DNA from: an uncultured Pseudomonadota bacterium
GTDB taxonomy: Bacteria; Oederibacteriota; Muellerivitia; Muellerivitales; Muellerivitaceae
Assembly: GCA_963836235.1 (NCBI GenBank)
Contig: CAWIIP010000002.1
Coordinates: forward strand, 1,376,001 to 1,440,000
Length of the DNA: 64,000 nt
Direction: 5' to 3'
Shown: positions 17,797-28,627 of the stretch, one piece after another
How the letters are laid out: each line of letters starts with the position of its first letter
Numbering within the stretch: the first letter of the stretch is position 1
Program-made: the position numbers and the translations under genes
Notes under the pieces: model-generated
Databases searched by the model: none
Seen by the model: the letters and a program-made list of their open reading frames with translations, nothing else
Told to the model about the DNA's origin: nothing

Positions 17797-19068
17797 ATGT
17801 TCCAAAAACGAATCTTGTTTCTCGTCGCGGCGGCCCTGCTTTTGGCCGTGGGTTGCGCGCCCACGCGTAAGCTGGTCCAGGAATCCCCCAGCCTTCCAGC
17901 TCCGGCCCCCTCCCCCACTCCTACGGCGGCTCCGGAAGCGGTTGAAACCTCCAACCAGCCCCTGACTTTGGCTTTCACTGGGGACATTATGATGGGTGAC
18001 TCGGCGGCCTACAAACTGAAAACCGAGGGCCCGGACTCTTTCTTTACTTACACCGCCCCGCTCTTGAAGCAGGCCGATCTTGCCATGGGAAACCTGGAAG
18101 GCCCCTTGGGAACGGGCGGCGACAAGTTCCCCCACAAAAAATATAACTTCCTGGTGGACCCTTCCTGCGCCATCGGCCTGGCTCACGCCGGCTTCAAGCT
18201 TCTCACCCTAGCTAACAACCATACCATGGACTTCGGCGTGCCGGCCCTGCAATCCACTTTTGAAGCTTTGGACGCCCAGGGACTCAAGCATTGCGGCGCG
18301 GGCATGAACGAAGGTGAGGCCCGCGAGCCCGCCTGGTTCGAGATAAAGGGCCACAAGATCGCTGTATTGGCTTACTCCCTGACCGAGCCCACCGAATATT
18401 GGGCCACCGACACCCGGGCAGGCTGCGCCGCGGCCTCCGGCCCCGACATGCGGGAAGATATCGCCCGGGCCCGTAAGGAAGGCGCCGACCTAGTGGTGGT
18501 CTGCTGCCACTGGGGCCAGGAAAAACATACCCGCCTTCGTGGCTACCAGCCTACTTTAGCCCACCTCGCCATCGATGCCGGGGCGGACGCGGTCGTCTGC
18601 CACCACCCCCATATCTGGCAGACCTTGGAAACCTACCACGGAAAACCCATTGCCTATGCCATCGGCAATTTTTGCTTCGGCACGCTGACCTCCATCAGCC
18701 AAAGCGGAATCTTATACCTGACCTTTGGAGAAAAAGGGACTTGGCTCGGCGGAAGAATCCTGCCCTTGAACGTGCTCAACTACCAGGTGCGTTTCGCGGC
18801 CAGGCCCATGGATAAAAAAAACGCGCAGAAGTTCTTCGCTTATCTTCACAAGTTTTCAAAAAGCGCCGATTTAAAAATGGAAGGCACGGAAATCGAATGG
18901 AAAGCGCCGCCGGAAACAAGCCAAGAACCCCTGGAGGCCCTGAAAGAGCCCGCTCCCTTGCCAACGGCACAATCAATGGCGACGCCCGCTTTAAAAGTTA
19001 TTCCCACCGATACTCCCGACCCCTCGGGAAATAAGGAAGGCTCCGTCCCTGGCGCGGGAAAGCCTTAA
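17797..19068 (+). CDS. CapA-family metallophosphatase lipoprotein
   Basis: Lipobox AVGC; FTGDIM, GNLE, LANNH..D, HWG.E, HHPH and Y..GNF motifs. Confidence 0.9.
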   Translation: MFQKRILFLVAAALLLAVGCAPTRKLVQESPSLPAPAPSPTPTAAPEAVETSNQPLTLAFTGDIMMGDSAAYKLKTEGPDSFFTYTAPLLKQADLAMGNLEGPLGTGGDKFPHKKYNFLVDPSCAIGLAHAGFKLLTLANNHTMDFGVPALQSTFEALDAQGLKHCGAGMNEGEAREPAWFEIKGHKIAVLAYSLTEPTEYWATDTRAGCAAASGPDMREDIARARKEGADLVVVCCHWGQEKHTRLRGYQPTLAHLAIDAGADAVVCHHPHIWQTLETYHGKPIAYAIGNFCFGTLTSISQSGILYLTFGEKGTWLGGRILPLNVLNYQVRFAARPMDKKNAQKFFAYLHKFSKSADLKMEGTEIEWKAPPETSQEPLEALKEPAPLPTAQSMATPALKVIPTDTPDPSGNKEGSVPGAGKP

Positions 19069-19188
19069 TAAATCAACTCTCCCCCGCCAATTCCTTAAAA
19101 CAAACTTCGGAACCTAAATTTAAATTTTGAAGAGGGCCCCGAGAGGGACAGGTTTGTTCAAATGGCAAAGACCTTTTGTGACCGGCCC

Positions 19189-21435
19189 TTAGTAAGCCTC
19201 AATATCATCGATTCGGACATTGCCAACCGTGAAGGTCGTTCCGCCAAAGGAGTAACAGCCGACGGCCACATAATTAATATTGGTCACGTCATAACCGGAT
19301 GAAGTCATGAGCGACGCGGGATAATCCACTTGGGTCCAAGCGCCCGGCGTCAGGTAAGCCTGGCCGCTGGTGACGAGGCTGGTGCTGGGGCTTTCCACGT
19401 AGATTTGGCCGATGGGATTTCCATCCATCACGCCCACGTCGAGCCATATTTGGGCGCGGATGCCGCCGCCCGTCACGTTGAGGGGAGTGGCGAAATTTTG
19501 AGAGATTTCGGATTCCTGGGCGTTCGCCGTAAAGGGACTGCTTAAGTTGAGGTAATAAAGCGAGCTCGCGGTGGGAACCCCGCCCGGCTGGATAGTGATG
19601 GTACTCGCGACCTCCCCGGAAATATTCGACAATTGCCAGCCGTCGGTCGTGTCGTCATCGAAATTCCAAACCTGAATGGGGGTCAGCGTCGCCGTCGGCG
19701 TGCTCGTTGATGTGTCCGTGGGGGTATCGGTGGGAGTTAAGGTCGCCGTGTCACTGGGGGTTCCGGTGGCCGTAGGCGTGTCGCTGGCTGTGAAGGTGGA
19801 AGTCGCCGTGGCGCTATTGGTGGGAGTAAAAGAAGGGGTGGCCGTAACGGTACCGGTGGTCGTGAAGGACGGCGTGCTGGTAGCGGTTGAGGTTGAGGTC
19901 GCCGTCGAAGTACCGGTAACGGTAAAGGAAGACGTGGTTGTAACAGTGCCGGTGGCCGTGAAGGACGACGTGCTGGTGGCTGTCGAGATTGAGGTCGCGG
20001 TTGAAGTGCCGGTTACGGTAAAGGAAGGCGTGCTAGTCACCGTACCGGTGGCCGTGGATGTTGGAGTCCCCGTGGCCGTAACGGAAGGTGTATTGGTTTG
20101 AGTGCTAGTAACCGTGGAAGTCGCCGTAGGCGCGGTCGTATTGGTGGAAGTGGGAGACGGTGTAGTCGTAACGGTACCAGTAGCGGTAAAAGTGGGACTA
20201 TTGGTAGGTGATCCGGTGGCCGTAACGGAAGGTGTATTAGTTAAGGTGCCGGTAACCGTGAAAGTCGCCGTGGGCACGGCCGTATTGGCCGAGGTGGGTG
20301 ACGGTGTATCTGTAATGGTACCAGTGGCGGTTAAGGTGGAGGTCGCCGTGGCGCTATCGGTTACCGTTAATGACGGTGTATTGGTGACCGTGCCAGTGGG
20401 GGTTAAGGTGGCCGTTGAGGTGGGCGGTAAAGACGTGGCGGTGGACGTCGGAGGCACGGGGGTCAAGGTCGCCGTCGAGGTAGAAGTCGCCGTGGGACTT
20501 AAGGTCGGGGTGAAGGCCACAGTGGAGAAAGTCGTGGGGGTTGGCAGGGCCGTTGGGCAATTGCCCGTCAGGTCTTCCGTCGTTTGTTCGTAGGCGAAAT
20601 AAGGCAGCGTCGTGTTGACCCTGTACCTAAACGAGGGCCCCGATTGGCTTGAACCAGGGTTGATGATTTGGACCCAGGCATGCCCCCCTGTGCCGAATGC
20701 CACGCAATAGACGTCTCCCGCCTGGAGCAAAGTCACCGAAGCCCCAGCGGCCTGTTTGGCAACGCCCGAGGAAGCGACGTAACCGGCTGTGGGCGCCGCC
20801 GCGAAATCCACCAAGTTGCCGTTGCCCATATAGGCGACACTGTCCGCGCCGATGGTATTCATCTGGAATCCGCCCGCCCCCACCGGCTGAAAGATCACGT
20901 CATACCCCGTAGTCGGCCCGCCGGAAGGCACTAAGGCGTCTGTTTCAAAAGCGAAATAAGATCCGTTCGCGTACAAGGCCGTATTGATGTCGTAGCAGTT
21001 CCTCGCCACCGAACCCATTTCCACCACGATCAGACTGGCGGGCTGGGAAGTGACGTCCATATCCACCGCGCCCAGGGCCAGGGGATTGTGGTTCGAGGAG
21101 TCGTTGATCTGGAAGGCCATGAGCCGCGAGGGCCCTTCCTGCACATTGATGGAAAAATCCACCGTTCCCGAATCCGCCGAGGTGCTGAAGGGCCCCACCG
21201 TTCCCCCCTCCGCCGCCATGCCAGACCCAGTGACTTCGTAATAGACCTCGTTGCTGGCGACCCCTAAAAGGGACGCCTTGAGCGAGCCGGTCACGGGCAT
21301 GGAAATGGACATGGCAATCCCCTTCAGGGGCATCACGGGTGCCGTGGCCGGTTTGTTGCAGCCCGCCAAAGCGAAAAGCCCCAGGAGAGCGGCCCCAGTC
21401 CCGTAGCGCCAGAGAGGGTTAGAGTTTGATTTCAT
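19189..21435 (-). CDS. Lipoprotein with long Thr/Ser/Pro linker and a C-terminal carbohydrate-binding-like domain
   Basis: Lipobox LAGC, a ~290-aa T/P/S/A-rich stretch and a C-terminal WNFDD..DGW...RIDDI jelly-roll-like domain. Confidence 0.8.
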   Translation of the reverse strand: MKSNSNPLWRYGTGAALLGLFALAGCNKPATAPVMPLKGIAMSISMPVTGSLKASLLGVASNEVYYEVTGSGMAAEGGTVGPFSTSADSGTVDFSINVQEGPSRLMAFQINDSSNHNPLALGAVDMDVTSQPASLIVVEMGSVARNCYDINTALYANGSYFAFETDALVPSGGPTTGYDVIFQPVGAGGFQMNTIGADSVAYMGNGNLVDFAAAPTAGYVASSGVAKQAAGASVTLLQAGDVYCVAFGTGGHAWVQIINPGSSQSGPSFRYRVNTTLPYFAYEQTTEDLTGNCPTALPTPTTFSTVAFTPTLSPTATSTSTATLTPVPPTSTATSLPPTSTATLTPTGTVTNTPSLTVTDSATATSTLTATGTITDTPSPTSANTAVPTATFTVTGTLTNTPSVTATGSPTNSPTFTATGTVTTTPSPTSTNTTAPTATSTVTSTQTNTPSVTATGTPTSTATGTVTSTPSFTVTGTSTATSISTATSTSSFTATGTVTTTSSFTVTGTSTATSTSTATSTPSFTTTGTVTATPSFTPTNSATATSTFTASDTPTATGTPSDTATLTPTDTPTDTSTSTPTATLTPIQVWNFDDDTTDGWQLSNISGEVASTITIQPGGVPTASSLYYLNLSSPFTANAQESEISQNFATPLNVTGGGIRAQIWLDVGVMDGNPIGQIYVESPSTSLVTSGQAYLTPGAWTQVDYPASLMTSSGYDVTNINYVAVGCYSFGGTTFTVGNVRIDDIEAY
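19680..20545 (-). repeat. Coding Thr/Pro/Ser low-complexity repeats
   Basis: Degenerate units such as [12 protein letters not shown] and [14 protein letters not shown]. Confidence 0.85.
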
Positions 21436-22555
21436 AATTCGCCCCGAAAGTCCATCGGTTATAGAAAATATCCACCCGGCTTCCCACCTCGCCGCCCGCC
21501 CCCAACCAGTCGATATAGTCGTAAGAAGCCGACAGTTTTAAAACTGATTGGCTGTCCAACTTGAACTTATACGAAGGTTCGGCCCCGAAGAGGAAACCTC
21601 CCCCGTCGTAATAAGCAATGTCCCCCGTGCTATTGGGATTGTAGCCGTTAGCCATCACGTATTTGGCCCGGCCCGCCAAGGTGAAGTCGCCAAAAGACCA
21701 GGCGGGATTGAAATAGAATCGGGGCGCCAGGGAATCATGGGCCTCGGTGGTCCAAGCCCCGTTCACCGGTCTTTGAACCGGCAGGAATTCCTGCACTCCC
21801 GCCTCAAAGGAAAAGGCCGAGGGATTCACCCAGGTATAGGAAAGGTTGAAATTGGGCCCCATCCACAAAAGATCCTGGCCGTTTTGGTAGGTGGGGAAGA
21901 ACACAAAGGCCGAGGCCCGGATAGCCTCGCTTTGGCCCGAGGGATAGGGCGTCACCCGGTTCAGCGAAAAGAAGGCCGAATCCCCTAGTTTCAAGTCCTG
22001 GGCGGGAAGCCCCAACCCGTAATCGGGGTTGAAGGCCCCGGAATACATGTAACCCAGCGCCGCGCCATACTGGGCGCCGCCCGCCGGCAAGGAGATGCCG
22101 TAAAGTGCGCTCATCCCAAAACCCCTTCCCCGGTAACGGTCGTCGACGAATTCGGTGGGGATATTGGACGGCGTCGTTTCCGTTTCCCAAGCCTGATTCC
22201 CCGTGGGTAGGTTGAACCCCAGGCTCAATATGGAGGGAAGGGAAAAATTCTGGAAGCCGAACTCGCCCCCCACCACTGTGTCCGAGACTCCGGTCAGGTT
22301 GAGGGTCTGGGTTCCGGCGGTGGAGTCGGTGTAATTCCCGCTGGCGAATTCCGACTGGGCGTAGAGGTTCAGTTCTTTCGTGGGGTTGATGGAAAAGGTC
22401 ATGGGCACCAGGATTTCCCGCCCGTTAAAAGGCAGGCTGGTGTCCGCGTTCCAGCTTTGATATTGGGCGCCCAAATCCAATTGCCCCGCGCCAAAGCCGC
22501 AAGAGGCGGCGCTCAAGAACAAAAGGGCAAGGGTGATAAAGTGAAGGGTCTTCAT
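21419..22555 (-). CDS. Putative outer-membrane beta-barrel protein
   Basis: Signal peptide, alternating aromatic/Gly strands, C-terminal [11 protein letters not shown]. Confidence 0.7.
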   Translation of the reverse strand: MKTLHFITLALLFLSAASCGFGAGQLDLGAQYQSWNADTSLPFNGREILVPMTFSINPTKELNLYAQSEFASGNYTDSTAGTQTLNLTGVSDTVVGGEFGFQNFSLPSILSLGFNLPTGNQAWETETTPSNIPTEFVDDRYRGRGFGMSALYGISLPAGGAQYGAALGYMYSGAFNPDYGLGLPAQDLKLGDSAFFSLNRVTPYPSGQSEAIRASAFVFFPTYQNGQDLLWMGPNFNLSYTWVNPSAFSFEAGVQEFLPVQRPVNGAWTTEAHDSLAPRFYFNPAWSFGDFTLAGRAKYVMANGYNPNSTGDIAYYDGGGFLFGAEPSYKFKLDSQSVLKLSASYDYIDWLGAGGEVGSRVDIFYNRWTFGANYEIKL

Positions 22556-23463
22556 GGAACCGTCTCCCCCGCTCCGACATGAAGCTGGATGTTCAGGGTT
22601 TGTTGAGCCGAACTCAGGTTGTTATTGCTGTTGATGAGGATTCCCTGCTGGAAGTTGTTGTTCAAATCTCCCAAGGCGGGGTTCGAGAGGGGGTTGGTTT
22701 CGGGATTGACCGGGGACGGATTGTTGCCGCCGGTCCCAGGGCTATTGTTTCCCGTTCCGTTCGAATTGGGAGCGGGGTTATTGGAACCTTGGCTACCCGA
22801 ACCTGTTCCATTGTTGTTCTGTCCGTTGCCATTAGGGGTTGTTCCCTTTTTAGTATTGGGGACTTGACCACCCGTGCCTTGGCCGTTGGGGCTTGTGGTG
22901 GGTACATGGGTGAAGTGCGCCTTTTGACCCGCCGCGAAGGTAACCTCTTTGGGCCCAAACCGGGTGAAGACCGAACCCTCCACGACATTCAGGAACAAAG
23001 AATGCGTTTTAGGAATATATTCCATCGCGAATTGGGTCCCCCGGACACCGCAAACTACCCCGCCTGCGTCGACTTCAAAGGAGGAACTGGAGGAAGTCAG
23101 CTTCTTGACCTTGGCCAAGATGTGGCCGACCAAAAGTTTGAATTCTAAAATCTTATCTTCCGGGGAGGGTTTCTGGAGTTTGGAGAGCGTGACCGCCGAT
23201 TTGGCGCTGATTTTCAACTGGGAACCGTCGAACATCACCAGCGTCGCCGAGGATTCCTTGCCCGTAATGACCCGCTCGCCTTCCTGAATTTTAGAATCCT
23301 GGTGAGCTTTCCTTTCGTTGGCTCCATCCGAACCCAAAACGGTGACTTTCCCTTCGACTGAAGCGAAATAAGCCTGAGTCGTTTGGGAATCAACGGCGGA
23401 CCAGGAAGGTCCAGACAAACAGGCCCCCAACAGAACGAATAAGATGGTTTTCTGAAGCCGCAT
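22552..23463 (-). CDS. Secreted FecR-domain protein with Asn/Gly/Pro-rich tail
   Basis: G.RV.TG..S.A.L..FDGS, CGVRGTQF and V.EGSV motifs; signal peptide. Confidence 0.85.
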   Translation of the reverse strand: MRLQKTILFVLLGACLSGPSWSAVDSQTTQAYFASVEGKVTVLGSDGANERKAHQDSKIQEGERVITGKESSATLVMFDGSQLKISAKSAVTLSKLQKPSPEDKILEFKLLVGHILAKVKKLTSSSSSFEVDAGGVVCGVRGTQFAMEYIPKTHSLFLNVVEGSVFTRFGPKEVTFAAGQKAHFTHVPTTSPNGQGTGGQVPNTKKGTTPNGNGQNNNGTGSGSQGSNNPAPNSNGTGNNSPGTGGNNPSPVNPETNPLSNPALGDLNNNFQQGILINSNNNLSSAQQTLNIQLHVGAGETVP

Positions 23464-23625
23464 GAACCGTCGCTTTCAATGGAAAGGAAAGATGTGGAAT
23501 TGGAGTAAATTCTACCGGAATCCTGAGCCCATATTCCAAAAAAAACCTTCAAATTGGGCCTTAATATGGTCATTTCCGGAGATGTTGGGCCGGGACTATT
23601 TCACACACACCATGAAACAACTGTT

Positions 23626-23744
23626 GTCATGGCGAGGAGGCTCTTTCTGAGCCGACGTGGCCATCCATAGGTTTTAGTAAATGCAGTTTTTGGACTGTTT
23701 TGGGTTGCCGTGTCGCCCGAAAATCACGGGCTCCTCGCAACGAC
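23626..23744. repeat. REP-like nested palindrome
   Basis: GTCATGGCGAGGAG...GACGTGGCCATCC pairs with GGTTGCCGTGTC...CTCCTCGCAACGAC. Confidence 0.65.
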
Positions 23745-23763
23745 TAATCTAAAATCAAAAACT

Positions 23764-24435
23764 CTAGGCCCTCTCCAAACAGGCCATCAACTCCTGGAAG
23801 TCCGGCAGGATGGTTTCCGCTCCGGCTTCCCGGAGAGACTTTGCTTCATCCTCCTGGGCGATACCGATAAATTTCCAACCCAAGGCATTGGCCGCCCGGA
23901 CATCCCAAATCCAATCGCCAACGTAAACAATCTTGTCGAACTCGGGGGCTTTGTAAAAGGTCTTGGCCTTGTGGAGGCTTGATTTCAAAATCTTCTCGCG
24001 AGTATCACCATCGTCCGATGATCCCAAGGGAACTTGACCGATCTCGAATCCAGCGCTGTTTAGCTTAAACCGTGCCGAGAATCCCCAATTGCCCGTTCCC
24101 ACCGCGATTTTCCAATCGGCATGATTCAAAAGATTGTCCCAAAGCGGTTTCGCCCCCGCGTGGGCTTCAAAAGGTTCCCTTTCATATTCTACTTCCAGCC
24201 ACTTCACCATGCTTTCCTTGAAGCGCGTCGCCTCATCTTCCGAAGCATTTCTTCCATTCTGTTTTTGGGCGATCTCATTGAGGATTCCGGAATCAGTAGA
24301 TTGGACATATCCCGACCAACTGTCCTGAATCATCAGGCCAAAAATTTCTGAAACGGCCCGAACATAAGCCTGATCGTTTCTTTTGGGATGGTATTTGACG
24401 AGGGTTCCGTCAATATCGAAAACAACCAAATTCAT
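23764..24435 (-). CDS. HAD-family hydrolase
   Basis: FDIDGTL, TGN and YVGD..WD motifs. Confidence 0.9.
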   Translation of the reverse strand: MNLVVFDIDGTLVKYHPKRNDQAYVRAVSEIFGLMIQDSWSGYVQSTDSGILNEIAQKQNGRNASEDEATRFKESMVKWLEVEYEREPFEAHAGAKPLWDNLLNHADWKIAVGTGNWGFSARFKLNSAGFEIGQVPLGSSDDGDTREKILKSSLHKAKTFYKAPEFDKIVYVGDWIWDVRAANALGWKFIGIAQEDEAKSLREAGAETILPDFQELMACLERA

Positions 24436-24477
24436 TCGTCTGCTCCAATGGTGGGGCGCGACCTAACTATTCCTTCT

Positions 24478-27400
24478 TCAATTTTTGGGGGTGGCTTTCT
24501 TCCGGGTTTCCCGATGAAGAGGCTTTGATTCCTTTTCCTCGGATGTCCCTCTTTTGTCAAACCGGGACAACACCAGATAAACGCAAGGAACCACGTACAA
24601 GGTCAGTAACGTGGAAACCAGGACGCCGCCGATAACTGCGACGGCCATGGGTGTCCGGCTTTCGGCGCCGGGGCCCAGCGACAGGGCCGCCGGAACGGCG
24701 CCCGCGATGGTGGCCACGGAAGTCATCAAAATGGGCCGCAGGCGGATGGGGCAGGCTTCCAAAAGAGCGTTAAGAACAGAGCCCTTTCCTTTGGCCTTCG
24801 CCCGCACTTGGTTAGTGAAATCCACCAGCAGGATGGAGTTCTTCTTCACGATCCCCATGAGCAAAATCAAGCCGATGACGCTGTAGATATTGATGGACCG
24901 GTGGGCGGCAAGCAGGGCGATCAGCGCGCCGGAAACGGAAAAAGGCAGGGCCATGAGCACCGAAAGTGGGTCGATGAAGCTGTTGAACTGGCTGGCCAAT
25001 ACCATATAGGCCACCAGAATGCCGAGCAGCATCACCCAGCCGAGGCTCTGGAGGGACTCGGCGAAGGTTTGGGAACTTCCGGTCAGGGTGACGTGGTATT
25101 CGGGCGGCAGAATCCGTTTGGCGGCCTCCTGGGCCGCTTGCAAGGCCTTCTGCTGGGATTCGCCCGCTTTGACATTGGCGTAAACCGTAATCGACCTTTC
25201 CCGGTTGCTTCGCCAGATGGATACCATGCCCGTCTGCTCTTCCATGGTGACCAGCTGGGACAAAGAAACCAGTTCACCCCGGTTGTTCCTCACGAAAAGG
25301 CCTTTCACTTTCGCTTGCGGGGCCTCCGAATTATCCTCCAATTTCAGGCGGATATCGTAGCGGTGCCCCCCCTTTTCATAAGTGCCGACCAGGAGCCCCC
25401 CGATCATGGCCTCCACAGTTTGGGAAATGCTGGCGATGCTCACCCCGTAATCCGAGGCCTTTTTCCGGTCCGGAACCACGTGAAGTTCGGGCTGGCCCAA
25501 GGCGTAGTTGGTGTCCAGATCGGTGACATAGCCGCTCTGGTCGAGCTCCTCCACGATCTGTTTCGTGTAGTTCGCCAGCTGGTCCCACTCCGGCCCCTGA
25601 ACCGTGAATTCCACCGGGAACCCGCGGGAGGCGGTGAAGGCCTTAGTGGAAAGGTCCTGAATAACCACGCGAACGTCGGGAATTTTTTTCAGTTCTTTCC
25701 GGCAGACCCCCATGAATTCCTGCTGGGTAAGTTCCCGGCCTGCTTCCGGGTCCTTCCCCCTTTCTCCCGGGTCTTTCATCGTGACCAGCACCGAACCGCC
25801 ATTCGAGTCGCCGGGGGAACCTCCCCCCACTTGCAGGACGTAACGGTCGATCTCGGGCCGGGAGGCTAGGAACTTTTCGACCAGGCTGAATTTCAGGTCC
25901 GAATAGGAAAGGGCCGATCCATCCGGGGTCTTGAGTCGGATATTGAACCGGCTCTGGTCCTCAGGCGGGATGAATTCCTTATTAAGCGCCAGGTAGGCCG
26001 AACAGCTGAGGCCGAAAACCAAAAGGGACGCCAGGATCACCTTGCCCCTGTGCGCCAGGGCCCGGGCCAGGGTCAGGGCGTAAAGGCGGGCCGTCACCTC
26101 AAAAAGCCATTCCATCAGCCGGCCCAGCCGGGTATGGCGGGGGCTGATATCCACGAACTGCGAACAGCGCATGGGGGTCAGGGTGAGGGCTTCTAGGAGC
26201 GAAAGAAGGACCGCCACCGTGATGGTGACCCCGAACTGGAAAAAGAATTTCCCGATGACGCCGCTCATGAAGGCCACCGGCAGGAAGATCGCCACGATGG
26301 AAAGGGTGGCGGCAATGGCGGCGAAGGTAATTTCACGGGAACCGTCCAGGGCGGCCTTGAAGCGGCTCTTCCCCTTTTCCTGGTGGCGGATGATATTTTC
26401 CAAAACCATGATGGCGTCGTCCACGACGATCCCGATGGAAAGGCTCAGGCCCAGCAGGGTGAAGGTGTTCAGGGTGAACCCGGCGAAATAAAGGACGATG
26501 AAACTTCCGACCACCGAGGTCGGGATCGCCAGGATGACGTTCAAGGTGGAGGACCAGCTCCCGAGGAACATCCAGCAGACCAACGCGGTCAGGAGGGCCG
26601 AGAGCAGAAGGGTGAAGTTCAGTTCCTTGACGGCCCTTTCGATATAGAGGGTGCTGTCGAAATTGACCGCCAGATTCATCCCTTCGGGCAGGCCCTTTTG
26701 GATTTCCACCACCTTGGCCCGCACCGCCTTGGCCACCGCCACCGCGTTGGACCCGCGCTGTTTGAGGATGTTCAGCGCCACGCAAGGCACCCCCATAGCC
26801 CGGCTGAGGCTCAGGGCGTCGGCCGTGCCCTCTTCCACCCGCGCGACCTGCTTGAGGTGGATGGGGATGTAGTTCGGCTGGCCCCCGCGCTGGTTGATCA
26901 GCAGATCGCCGAACTCGTCGATGGTTTTGGCCTCGCCCATGGTCCGCACGTTGAGCTGTCTTTTTCCGTCCTCCAGCTGGCCCGAGGGGGACTCCATATG
27001 CTCGTTTTGGATGGTATTGATGACGTCGTTGACCGTGAGGTTGTAGCGGTTGAGCGCCTTGCCATCCACCCAAACCCGCAAGTTGGGGTCCCGGTAGCCG
27101 CCCAGGGTGATATCCCCCACGCCCGCCACCATGGAAAACTGGTCCTTCAGCCGGTCGTTCACGAAGGCCATGAGGTCCTTGGGGGCATATTGGGCGCTGG
27201 AGAGGGTCAGCGACAGGATGGGCTGGTCCTCAGGGTTGGACTTGCGGATAGTCGGTGAGGTGATTTCCTTGGGAAGCTTCTGCAGGACCGAATCGACCTT
27301 GGCCTGGACGTCCTGGATGGCGAGGTCGATATTGCGGTCAAGCTCGAACTCGATGGTGATGGTCCCCTCGCTGTCCTCCGATTCGGAAGTGACGTTGCGG

Positions 27401-27630
27401 ATGCTTTGGATGCCCATCACCGCGTCCTCGACGATGTCCACGATGGAGGTTTCAATCACCTCCGGGGCCGCCCCCTCCAGGCGGATGTTGACGGAAACAA
27501 CGGGATAATCCACGTCCGGAAGCTGGCTGATCCCCATGCGCATAAAGCAGATGCCGCCGAAAACGATCAGTCCGGCCATGAGCATCCAAGCGAATACGGG
27601 CCGCTTAATGGAGAGTTCGGATAAAGTCAT
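24478..27630 (-). CDS. RND efflux transporter permease (AcrB/AcrD/AcrF family)
   Basis: 1050 aa; GIVVDDAIMVLENI, KNSILLVDF and RLRPILMTS motifs. Confidence 0.95.
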   Translation of the reverse strand: MTLSELSIKRPVFAWMLMAGLIVFGGICFMRMGISQLPDVDYPVVSVNIRLEGAAPEVIETSIVDIVEDAVMGIQSIRNVTSESEDSEGTITIEFELDRNIDLAIQDVQAKVDSVLQKLPKEITSPTIRKSNPEDQPILSLTLSSAQYAPKDLMAFVNDRLKDQFSMVAGVGDITLGGYRDPNLRVWVDGKALNRYNLTVNDVINTIQNEHMESPSGQLEDGKRQLNVRTMGEAKTIDEFGDLLINQRGGQPNYIPIHLKQVARVEEGTADALSLSRAMGVPCVALNILKQRGSNAVAVAKAVRAKVVEIQKGLPEGMNLAVNFDSTLYIERAVKELNFTLLLSALLTALVCWMFLGSWSSTLNVILAIPTSVVGSFIVLYFAGFTLNTFTLLGLSLSIGIVVDDAIMVLENIIRHQEKGKSRFKAALDGSREITFAAIAATLSIVAIFLPVAFMSGVIGKFFFQFGVTITVAVLLSLLEALTLTPMRCSQFVDISPRHTRLGRLMEWLFEVTARLYALTLARALAHRGKVILASLLVFGLSCSAYLALNKEFIPPEDQSRFNIRLKTPDGSALSYSDLKFSLVEKFLASRPEIDRYVLQVGGGSPGDSNGGSVLVTMKDPGERGKDPEAGRELTQQEFMGVCRKELKKIPDVRVVIQDLSTKAFTASRGFPVEFTVQGPEWDQLANYTKQIVEELDQSGYVTDLDTNYALGQPELHVVPDRKKASDYGVSIASISQTVEAMIGGLLVGTYEKGGHRYDIRLKLEDNSEAPQAKVKGLFVRNNRGELVSLSQLVTMEEQTGMVSIWRSNRERSITVYANVKAGESQQKALQAAQEAAKRILPPEYHVTLTGSSQTFAESLQSLGWVMLLGILVAYMVLASQFNSFIDPLSVLMALPFSVSGALIALLAAHRSINIYSVIGLILLMGIVKKNSILLVDFTNQVRAKAKGKGSVLNALLEACPIRLRPILMTSVATIAGAVPAALSLGPGAESRTPMAVAVIGGVLVSTLLTLYVVPCVYLVLSRFDKRGTSEEKESKPLHRETRKKATPKN

Positions 27631-27725
27631 TATGGTTCCGAGATGTTGAGGTTTTAGATAGGGCAGTTTATAGGTATTTTAGCGGGAGAAAGTGTTAATT
27701 TTGAAAAGGCGGCGTTTTGGGCGAT

Positions 27726-27890
27726 CTAATCTAGAATTCCAGAATCCGTGGATTGGACATATCCCGACCAACTGTCCTGGATCGTCAGTCCGAAAACCTC
27801 ATGGACAGACCGAACATAAGCCTGATCGTTTCGTTTTGGGTGGTATTTGACGAGAGTGCCGTCGATGTCGAAAACAACCAAGTTTATCAA
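27726..27890 (-). pseudogene. Truncated duplicate of the 5' end of the HAD hydrolase gene
   Basis: NLVVFDIDGTLVKYHPKRNDQAYVR...WSGYVQSTDSGIL* matches the first ~53 codons of 23764-24435, with mostly synonymous changes. Confidence 0.9.
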
Positions 27891-27970
27891 CGGCTCCCCA
27901 TTCCGTATTATTTGCGAACCATCAAGTTCCAAGTAATTTGGTAAATAGTCATAGTCACTGAAGCAGGAGA

Positions 27971-28423
27971 TTAATTGCTGAATTTCCAAAACTTAGCTAT
28001 TAAAAAAACGACAATAAAACTTAGAAAAGCCATCGGCGGAATGTATAAAACTACCAACGAATAGGTTGAGTTAATTTGAAACAAGGTGATCAAAATGAAG
28101 AGTTCGACTAAACCGACTAAAACAAAAGTTCCTAATCTTGCAACACCAAGCAATCTTTCATTCAAGTTATTCCTAAAAGAGACCAGTAACAACTGATAAT
28201 GAACCCAAGCAAAAAAATAAATAACCAAGAAGATCATTCCACAAGCTGGTAGGGTAACAAAAACAATATGGAATGAATCACCGAAACCATTTTTATAGCC
28301 TTCAACCAAAAACAACTCCAAAAGATAGAGCAAAGCCCCAATCCCAATGATTTGAGTTAAAGGAGTAATTATTTTGAATTTTTCCAAACTTAACACCTCC
28401 CTATATTGGACTCGAACCCTCAT
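27971..28423 (-). CDS. AT-rich hypothetical 4-TM membrane protein
   Basis: Four hydrophobic segments and visibly lower GC than its neighbours. Start is 28423, or TTG at 28386 after GGAGG. Confidence 0.65.
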   Translation of the reverse strand: MRVRVQYREVLSLEKFKIITPLTQIIGIGALLYLLELFLVEGYKNGFGDSFHIVFVTLPACGMIFLVIYFFAWVHYQLLLVSFRNNLNERLLGVARLGTFVLVGLVELFILITLFQINSTYSLVVLYIPPMAFLSFIVVFLIAKFWKFSN

Positions 28424-28445
28424 ATCATAACTTTTGAACCACCCT

Positions 28446-28592
28446 TTAAACCCCAGGTATTCCCTCTTTGCCCTCGGGGATGGTGATGGAAGAACCCCCA
28501 AAGGCCTTGCCCACGGGCTCAGCCTCGCCGCCCAAATGCTGTTTCAAGAAAGCCTCGGTCACCGCCATGAAGGCTAGGTTGTTTTGGGGCCG
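28446..28592 (-). pseudogene. Duplicate of the 3' end of the S9 peptidase gene
   Basis: RPQNNLAFMAVTEAFLKQHLGGEAEPVGKAF.GSSITIPEGKEGIPGV* equals the last 49 codons of 29487-31403. Confidence 0.92.
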
Positions 28593-28627
28593 GGTACCGA
28601 AAATCCTTTTTCGAATCTTGAGATTGG

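Noticed and set aside
27726-27989. 87-aa ORF as an intact gene
   Set aside because: It is a chance upstream extension joined to the truncated HAD duplicate.
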